A stretch of DNA of 64,000 bases, taken from positions 3,116,676 to 3,180,675 of the forward strand of contig NZ_CP147012.1 in NCBI RefSeq assembly GCF_037126285.1. Reading direction: 5' to 3'. The DNA comes from Bernardetia sp. MNP-M8 (GTDB lineage Bacteria; Bacteroidota; Bacteroidia; Cytophagales; Bernardetiaceae). Both the position numbers and the translations under genes were made by a program. Positions 57,480 to 64,000 of this stretch are shown piece after piece. Under the pieces are notes generated by a model. That model had not been told where the DNA came from. It saw nothing but the letters and a program-made list of their open reading frames with translations, and made no database searches. How positions within the stretch are numbered: position 1 is the first letter of the stretch; the number at the start of each line of letters is the position of its first letter.

Positions 57480-58877
57480 TTACCCTCCTGCATACACCCA
57501 TTCCATCAACCAAGCTGCTGCAATTGCTCCATACGTTCCGAGTGCATAACCCAAAACAGCCAATAAAACACCTACAGGTGCAAGTGCCGTACTAAAAGCC
57601 GAAGCTACCACAGGCGCAGAAGCAGCACCACCAATATTAGCCTGACTTCCTACAGCTACAAAAAAGAAAGGTGCTTTTATCAGGTAAGCCACAAAAAGCA
57701 AAATACTAACGTGAACAAGCATCCAAATAATGCCTAAGAAAAATAGACCTAAATATTGACCTATTTCAGCTAAATTCATGTGCATTCCGATTGTTGCGAC
57801 AAGAATATAAATACAAACACTTCCTATTTTTGATGCGCCTGCCCCTTCTAATTTACGAAGAGGAGTAAAAGAAAGCAAAACACCGATTGTAGTGGCAAAA
57901 ACTACCAGCCAAAAGAATCCACTTGTAAGGGAGTTAAGTCCAATATCATTTAATTGCTTTTCATATCCTTCCATGATTGGTGTAATAAGATCAGCAAAAA
58001 AATGCGCTCCTGCCGTTGCACCAAAACCAATTGCCAAAATAACAAATAAATCAGTTGTAGATGGAATACGGGCATGTTTGGCTTGAAAATCTTCCATTTT
58101 CTTCTTTAAAGCTGTGATAGAAGAAGTATCAGCTTTTAAAATTCTGTCTATTTTATCGCTCATATTTGCACCATATAATAAAAAGCCCATCCAAATATTA
58201 GCTACTATAACATCAATTACTATCATTGCACCAAACAAACTTCCACTTGGTTGATAAATTTCTTTCATGGCTGCTTGATTTGCCCCTCCACCAATCCAAC
58301 TTCCTGCAATGGTTGATAAACCTCTCCAAACAGCATTATTTCCTGTTCCTTCTACTGTTTCAGGACTTACTGCATGAACAATAAAAAGAGCAACAGCACC
58401 ACCGATAACAATTCCGACTGTTGCAGTCAAAAACATAACAATGGCACGCCAACCCAAATTCAAAACTCCTTTCAAATCAATGCTCAAACAAAGCAAAACC
58501 AATGCAACAGGTAATAAATAACGAGAAGCAACAAAATAAAGATGAGATTCTTTTATAAACCCTTTGTACTGACTTTTTTCGATTCCATTATCTGAAAAAA
58601 TCTGTTTTACTTCATTAAAATTAGCACCCTCTGGAATAGAAATATTGAGTGAGCTTGCAAATTCCAAAATATCTGAATCAAACCATTCTGCTGCAATAAG
58701 ATGCAATGGATAATTTAATAAAGCAGGAATAAAATAACACAAAAGCAAAGCAGGAACATATGTATAAAATTTTTGCCAACCTTTATTTTTACTATTTGAA
58801 GTAACAAAAATAATAGCCAAAACAATAAGTAAAATACCTAAAACAATAGCATCGTTTGTAAAAAGAGGAGAATTCAT
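57480..58877 (-). CDS. DUF819-family polytopic membrane protein (putative transporter)
   Basis: About 12 TM helices. The N-terminus resembles the YjcL/DUF819 family. Confidence 0.45.
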   Translation of the reverse strand: MNSPLFTNDAIVLGILLIVLAIIFVTSNSKNKGWQKFYTYVPALLLCYFIPALLNYPLHLIAAEWFDSDILEFASSLNISIPEGANFNEVKQIFSDNGIEKSQYKGFIKESHLYFVASRYLLPVALVLLCLSIDLKGVLNLGWRAIVMFLTATVGIVIGGAVALFIVHAVSPETVEGTGNNAVWRGLSTIAGSWIGGGANQAAMKEIYQPSGSLFGAMIVIDVIVANIWMGFLLYGANMSDKIDRILKADTSSITALKKKMEDFQAKHARIPSTTDLFVILAIGFGATAGAHFFADLITPIMEGYEKQLNDIGLNSLTSGFFWLVVFATTIGVLLSFTPLRKLEGAGASKIGSVCIYILVATIGMHMNLAEIGQYLGLFFLGIIWMLVHVSILLFVAYLIKAPFFFVAVGSQANIGGAASAPVVASAFSTALAPVGVLLAVLGYALGTYGAIAAAWLMEWVYAGG

Positions 58878-59142
58878 GTCAGTTATCAGTAAACAGTTAT
58901 AAGTTACCTGTTGAATTACAAATATGTAATTACTAAAAAAGGAATTTCAAAACTGAATGGATTAGGATTAAAATTAATAAAAATACTAAGGGGATTTCAA
59001 AACAATCTACAATATAGAATCTGTTTTTTGTGTTTACAACTGTTTGTTAAAATTTTATGTAAAAAATACTTAAACAAGTCGTATCAATAAACGTTGTTCT
59101 GTTTATAATCTCATTTTTTATTAGAATATAAAACAAAAAAAT

Positions 59143-59919
59143 ATGAAAGCAGCACTTATTACTGGCGCATCTAGTGGAATTGGTCTTGAACTAGCTCATG
59201 TGATGGCAAAAGAAAAACATAATTTGGTTTTGGTAGCTCGTAGCATTGACAAACTCAATGAGCTTGCTACTGAACTTACACAATCACACGGTGTAAAAGT
59301 TCAGACTTACAAAGCTGACCTAAGCAATACAAAAGAAATTGAAAATCTATATCAACAAACTCAAAATGATGATATTGAAATCAGTTATTTAATAAATAAT
59401 GCAGGTTTTGGGGAATATGGAAATTTTATAGAAAATGATTGGGAAAAGCTCAATTCGATGATGCAACTAAATATGATTTCATTAGTGCATCTGACCAGTT
59501 TGTTTTCAAAGGATATGATAAGTTCTAAGTTTGGTAAAATTATGAATGTGGCTTCAACAGCAGCTTTTCAACCTATGCCTTATTTTGCTGTCTATGCTGC
59601 TACAAAATCATTTGTGCTTTCATTTTCAGAAGCAATTGCAAGCGAGCTGAAAGACCATGGCATAACTGTAACAGCACTTTGCCCAGGGCTTACAGGAACA
59701 GGTTTTGTAGAAGCAGCCAATATGGGAGAGAGCAAATTTTTAGATAAAGCAAAGTCAAGTATGGCAACTCCAGAAGAAGTTGCAGAATATGGTTATGAAG
59801 CCATGATGAAAGGAAAAACGGTTGCTGTACATGGAATGATTAATTCCTTGATGGCACAGTCTGCAAGATTTTTGCCTAGAGATTTGGTAACTACAATTGC
59901 TAAAAAAGTACAGGAATAG
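59143..59919 (+). CDS. short-chain dehydrogenase/reductase (SDR)
   Basis: TGASSGIG cofactor motif, NNAG, and the catalytic YxxxK (YAATK). Confidence 0.85.
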   Translation: MKAALITGASSGIGLELAHVMAKEKHNLVLVARSIDKLNELATELTQSHGVKVQTYKADLSNTKEIENLYQQTQNDDIEISYLINNAGFGEYGNFIENDWEKLNSMMQLNMISLVHLTSLFSKDMISSKFGKIMNVASTAAFQPMPYFAVYAATKSFVLSFSEAIASELKDHGITVTALCPGLTGTGFVEAANMGESKFLDKAKSSMATPEEVAEYGYEAMMKGKTVAVHGMINSLMAQSARFLPRDLVTTIAKKVQE

Positions 59920-61630
59920 AACAAAGTTAGAAGTTAGATTTCAGAAGTTAGAATTAATGATAAATAAAATCAACTTAAAATTAATGTATAGAATAGGAGT
60001 AATATTGATTTTCTCAATTACTCCTTTTTTTTGTATGGAGATTTTTGGTTTTGAAAATTCAAATCCTCAACGACAGCTTTACGCCTCGTTGATGGTTCAG
60101 AAAGAATTTATTTCGAAAACAGAAACTCAAAAACTCTATGATGAAATTTTTGATTTAAAATTTAATTATGCTAATTATCAAATAAAGGAAGAAGATAATA
60201 AAACAAAAACACCTTTATATTTAGTTGTTGAAGATTTTAGAGATATGCTTTTTATTCTCCTGACAGAAGACAAAAAAAACTATGAAAATTTAGAAAAAAA
60301 TGAAGAAATTAGACTGGACGAATTAGAAAAATTTAATACCAAAAAAAGCAGTTATTATAAAGAATATAAATGGGCAAAAGCCGAAATAAAACTACATTGG
60401 GCAATAATAAAACTTAGTTTCGATGAAAAATGGGCTTCTGCGTGGCGAGTTAGACAAGCCTATAAACTACTTTTAGAAAATGAAAAAGAATTTCCAAATT
60501 TCATTGAGCAAAAAAAGTCATTAGCTTTGCTTCAAATTGTTTTGGCAAGTGTTCCTCAAAAGTACAAATGGGCATTGGATTTAATTGGAATGGAAGCAGA
60601 CTTGGAAAGTGGAATCAACAACCTTCAAAAAAGCACTTCGCAAATTCATTTTTTTCAAAAAGAAACTTTGCTTTGGCAGGCTTTACTTCAAACCTATTTA
60701 GTAGAAGATTTAATAAAAAGTGGAGATAGGTCAAAACAGATTGTTCAAAATTTAATAAAAAAACATCCTTCTGAAAGACTGGTTTTGGTGGCTTCTAGCT
60801 TAGTTTTGATGAAAAATGAATCACATAAAACAGCTCTTTTAGCTTGGCAGAATTACGCTAGAGTCTATCAAAATAATACATTGACTTTTGATAAAAAGGA
60901 ACATTTTAGTCAAGAGTATCTTTTGGCAGAATTATATTTTTATTCAGAAAAACCCAAAAAAGCAAAATTTCATTATCTTAATTTTTTAAAGAATCTTAAT
61001 TCAATTCAAAACCGAAATTTTATTAAAGACAGTTATTACAAATTATTTTTGATAGAATGGCTAAGGGAAAAAAAGAATACAATCAATGACTCAGATGACA
61101 TTGAAAATGTAAAAGAAAATAATTATTTTACTTCTATTTCAAGTAAAGGAAGTACAAAAACAGCAGTAGATAAAAATGCCAAAAAATTTGTAGAATTGGT
61201 AAACGAATCAAATCATTTACCAAATAAAGAATTGTATCAAGCAAGGATTTTGACAGATGGAGGAAATTATCAAAAAGCCTTAGAAACTCTAAACCAAATC
61301 ACTAATTCAGAATTTCAAAAGTGGGAACAAGAAAAGCAGTTTGAAATTATTTTAGAATATAAATATAGAAAAGGCAGAATTTTAGATAAGCTAAGTCAAT
61401 TAAATCAAGCTATTCCTTTTTATAAAAATGTAATTGAATACTCTACTTTGCACAATCAAAATGAAATTCATTATTTTGCTGCAAATTCGGCTCTTCAACT
61501 TGGTTTTATTTATCAAAACCAAGATAAAAAACTAGCTAAAATCTATTTTGAAAAAGCAATTAGTTTTGAAGGGCATCAATATGAAGAAAGCATTACACAA
61601 AAAGCCAAACTGGCTTTAAAAAAATTATAG
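59897..61630 (+). CDS. hypothetical membrane-anchored helical-repeat protein
   Basis: N-terminal TM, then a long alpha-helical TPR-like region. The real start is probably an internal Met at about 59957. Confidence 0.35.
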   Translation: MLKKYRNRTKLEVRFQKLELMINKINLKLMYRIGVILIFSITPFFCMEIFGFENSNPQRQLYASLMVQKEFISKTETQKLYDEIFDLKFNYANYQIKEEDNKTKTPLYLVVEDFRDMLFILLTEDKKNYENLEKNEEIRLDELEKFNTKKSSYYKEYKWAKAEIKLHWAIIKLSFDEKWASAWRVRQAYKLLLENEKEFPNFIEQKKSLALLQIVLASVPQKYKWALDLIGMEADLESGINNLQKSTSQIHFFQKETLLWQALLQTYLVEDLIKSGDRSKQIVQNLIKKHPSERLVLVASSLVLMKNESHKTALLAWQNYARVYQNNTLTFDKKEHFSQEYLLAELYFYSEKPKKAKFHYLNFLKNLNSIQNRNFIKDSYYKLFLIEWLREKKNTINDSDDIENVKENNYFTSISSKGSTKTAVDKNAKKFVELVNESNHLPNKELYQARILTDGGNYQKALETLNQITNSEFQKWEQEKQFEIILEYKYRKGRILDKLSQLNQAIPFYKNVIEYSTLHNQNEIHYFAANSALQLGFIYQNQDKKLAKIYFEKAISFEGHQYEESITQKAKLALKKL

Positions 61631-61653
61631 ACAAACATTTCCATCTTTTCATT

Positions 61654-62145
61654 ATGAAATTATTTTTATCATTTATTTTTTCTATTTCTTTCTTTTTCAC
61701 AGGTTTTTTTATGGTTCTAGTGGCTTCTCGCCCTGCTCTAAAAACGGATTATTATTCAGAAATGAAAAAATCATCTTTATCAGAAGATAAGATAAAACGT
61801 AAAATTGAAAATAAGAATATTTCTTTAAGAGATTCTGTTGAAACGAAAGTAGAAGTTCTCCCTGAAAAACCTAAAAAAAATGGGCTAGGAATGATAATTT
61901 GGGGAAGTTTTCTAAATCTTTTAGGAATTTTATTTGGTGTAACTCTGTTACTTACCTTTTTACTCGGTTTTTCTATTGGTTCAGGCTTTTACTTCAAAGA
62001 TATTTATGCAACAGCTGGCGTAATGTTAGCAGGACTAATTACTTTTGGAGTTGGTATTTATATGATTTCAAGAGGTAGAGAGCGTTGGAAAGCCTATAAA
62101 AGATATAAAAAGGCAATTAAGAAAATGAAGCAAAATAATAACTAG
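61654..62145 (+). CDS. hypothetical membrane protein
   Basis: N-terminal TM, two C-terminal TM helices, and a Lys/Arg-rich tail. Confidence 0.35.
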   Translation: MKLFLSFIFSISFFFTGFFMVLVASRPALKTDYYSEMKKSSLSEDKIKRKIENKNISLRDSVETKVEVLPEKPKKNGLGMIIWGSFLNLLGILFGVTLLLTFLLGFSIGSGFYFKDIYATAGVMLAGLITFGVGIYMISRGRERWKAYKRYKKAIKKMKQNNN

Positions 62146-62155
62146 AAATAAATAC

Positions 62156-62194
62156 AAAAACCGTTTTTAGATTTTTTCTAAAAACGGTTTTATT
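62156..62194. terminator. bidirectional terminator hairpin AAAAACCGTTTTT-N-AAAAACGGTTTT
   Basis: Read directly from the sequence, between convergent genes. Confidence 0.55.
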
Positions 62195-62204
62195 TGATAA
62201 AATT

Positions 62205-62432
62205 CTAAGCATATTCAATGCTCACAGTTTTATTTTCTACAAGATTAGGTTGTATATGATTTGCTAGAGTTACTTTCCATTTTTCCAAATCAAAGCCTCC
62301 TTTGTATCGTTCAGTTTTTTTTAAAATTGCAGTAACATGGTTGTCTTTTATTTCATAATTTACTGCAAAGCCTATTTTATTTATTTTAACAGACAAAATT
62401 TCAGCTTGCTCCTCATCTTTAAATATGTTCAT
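62205..62432 (-). CDS. small hypothetical protein
   Basis: 75 aa, downstream of the WGR-like gene. Confidence 0.25.
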   Translation of the reverse strand: MNIFKDEEQAEILSVKINKIGFAVNYEIKDNHVTAILKKTERYKGGFDLEKWKVTLANHIQPNLVENKTVSIEYA

Positions 62433-62537
62433 ATTATTTTGTTTTATGATGAATACGATTTTTAAATAGACGATTTTTTTAGTGAATAGGTTATACCAGC
62501 CTTTTTCATGGTTGTTATCCTCACCAACAACAACATA

Positions 62538-63440
62538 CTACAAAGTCAGCCAACGCACCAAAGGCAAAAGTTCGGTTTCCCATTGCCAATCATAAGCACT
62601 CAAATAAAGTGTTTCGCCATTTGGATATGATAATTCTATCTCATAAATATTCGAATTATCAATTTCCATAATTGGCTGTGAAAGGTCTTCTACTAATAAA
62701 GGTTCTTTGTGAGAAGTTTCTTCGTGATGCACATGGACAGTCTGAAAATTGACTTGTACGCTGTTCCATTCTTTTTTACGAAGCATTCTTTTGAGTTCTT
62801 TTTCTTGTTTAGGAAGTTCCCAACCCAAAACATAATTTCCCTGCATTTCTATCCACTGATTGCCTTTTGCCATATATTTTTTGGTATTTCTATATGAAAC
62901 AAGACAAGAAACAGGAGTTTGCATTCTATAATTTTGATACAACGAACGCAAACGCAGACGAGCAATAAATGGATTTTCGATAGATTTGAAACTATGTTGA
63001 TAATTTCTAGTAATAATCTGTTTCCAGTTTGCCCACGCAATACGACTTTTGGGAAAAGTATGTTCGTGAACAGTTCGGCTCTGCATCGTGCTTCCGATTG
63101 CACCATGAGTTACCCAAATTGTTTTTCCATGTAGTTCGCCTTCCCAAAAAGTATTTCCTTTTACCATATAAAGTGTTGCCGAATACTGCTCATCTTCACC
63201 CAAAGAATACATTCTGAATGTTCCGTTACACTCATAATCCCATTCTTCTTCTGTGGCAAGTTCGTCCATCCAAAGCGAAACTTCCGACTGAATGGCATGA
63301 AAACCTTTTTTTCGAAGTTCATTTTTTACATCTAAAGTAGTTGTAAAACCACGTTTTTTGAAATGCTCGTGTGCAACAAGCTGTATATCAATCAAAGAGA
63401 GTGTTTTCATTGTAGATTTATATTTAGAGTTTGAAATCAA
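62538..63440 (-). CDS. hypothetical protein with possible degenerate WGR-like segment
   Basis: 300 aa. The segment FRMYSL…IWVTHGAIGSTMQS…AWANW… loosely fits the WGR pattern (Y.lql…WGRiG..Gq…). Confidence 0.35.
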   Translation of the reverse strand: MISNSKYKSTMKTLSLIDIQLVAHEHFKKRGFTTTLDVKNELRKKGFHAIQSEVSLWMDELATEEEWDYECNGTFRMYSLGEDEQYSATLYMVKGNTFWEGELHGKTIWVTHGAIGSTMQSRTVHEHTFPKSRIAWANWKQIITRNYQHSFKSIENPFIARLRLRSLYQNYRMQTPVSCLVSYRNTKKYMAKGNQWIEMQGNYVLGWELPKQEKELKRMLRKKEWNSVQVNFQTVHVHHEETSHKEPLLVEDLSQPIMEIDNSNIYEIELSYPNGETLYLSAYDWQWETELLPLVRWLTL

Positions 63441-63548
63441 TTATGAACTGAAAGTCAGCGTAGCTAATTACGAATTAAAAATTACGATTGTAATAATGCT
63501 CTTGACTTTAAATAGTTAAGTGTAATTATCGTAATCCGTAATTATTTC

Positions 63549-64000
63549 CTAGTAATGCACTTCGACCAAATATCGAATTGTACATTGATTTTCTTTGTAG
63601 ATTATGAATTCATTATTGAATAAATCAATACCACCTTTTGCAAAAAGAGAATCAGCTTCTGAGTTTTGATTTTTTAGGTTTTCATAAGTCAGACCAGCGC
63701 ACCAATCTTCATATTCTTCAATTTTGAGCTGCCTGCCTGTATGTACTTCATAGATTGCTAAAAAGGCTTTTTTATCATTTCCTGATGTCCAAAAAGAACC
63801 TGCAAGAGATGTATAATTCAAAGATTTTCGGCATTTATCAGCAAAATAAAGTCCGTAGCCAAACATTTTTCCTGTAATAAGTGCATTAGTAGGACGTAAA
63901 ACCAAACCTGTTTTTAAGATAGAAAGCCAGTTTTCATTTCGACTTCCATGCCAGAGTAAATCTGTTGTTCTGTACTTGCTTTTTTTGAGAGCAGTAGCAA
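63549..64000 (-). CDS. poly/mono(ADP-ribose) polymerase (PARP) catalytic-domain protein, partial (5' end beyond window)
   Basis: The frame is open to the window edge. Translation …LLWHGSRNENWLSILKTGLVLRP…GKMFGYGLYFADKCRKSLNYTS…NEFIIYKENQCTIRYLVEV is collinear with the human PARP1 ART domain (LLWHGSRTTNFAGILSQGL…GKGIYFADMVSKSANYC…NEYIVYDIAQVNLKYLLKL). The H-G-S, Y, Y and catalytic E are all present. Confidence 0.8.
   Translation of the reverse strand, partial: ATALKKSKYRTTDLLWHGSRNENWLSILKTGLVLRPTNALITGKMFGYGLYFADKCRKSLNYTSLAGSFWTSGNDKKAFLAIYEVHTGRQLKIEEYEDWCAGLTYENLKNQNSEADSLFAKGGIDLFNNEFIIYKENQCTIRYLVEVHY

Noticed and set aside
1-64000. rRNA and tRNA genes
   Set aside because: I scanned for GC-rich approximately 75-nt blocks and for GGTTCGAATCC-like T-loop motifs and found none. 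I cannot exclude a small ncRNA without covariance-model searches.

Overview
This is a low-GC (roughly one-third GC) chromosomal segment of Bacteroidota type. The intergenic regions are AT-rich, the lipoproteins carry Bacteroidetes-style lipoboxes, and there are no Shine-Dalgarno sequences. Housekeeping and envelope genes include rocD, an aldehyde dehydrogenase with an AraC regulator and a DUF779 gene, murE, lptB, hslV, gmhA, hemW, a SurA-like PPIase, a TamB-like protein, an SDR and a pirin. Mixed in is accessory material. There are two IS elements. One is an IS4/IS5-superfamily element with a perfect 16-bp IR and a 9-bp TSD. The other is an ISAs1-family element with a 20-bp IR and an 8-bp TSD that has split a DUF3592-type gene at codon 8. 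Other accessory genes are tandem paralogous membrane-sensor PP2C phosphatases, a secreted TPR-caspase, an unusually long carotenoid-oxygenase-family protein, a Bat-like VWA gene pair, an orphan MNT nucleotidyltransferase, a Uma2 endonuclease and an NFACT protein. At the right edge a partial eukaryote-like PARP catalytic-domain gene runs out of the window and is followed by a WGR-like gene. Non-coding structure is rich. It includes several dispersed palindromic repeat families, 7-bp (CTGATAA)n tandem repeats abutting three start codons, and a 21-mer AATTACGAATTAAAAATTACG motif recurring in intergenic regions. There are also clear rho-independent hairpin terminators. I found no rRNA, tRNA or CRISPR arrays. 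All calls rest on motif recognition by eye. No database searches were run.
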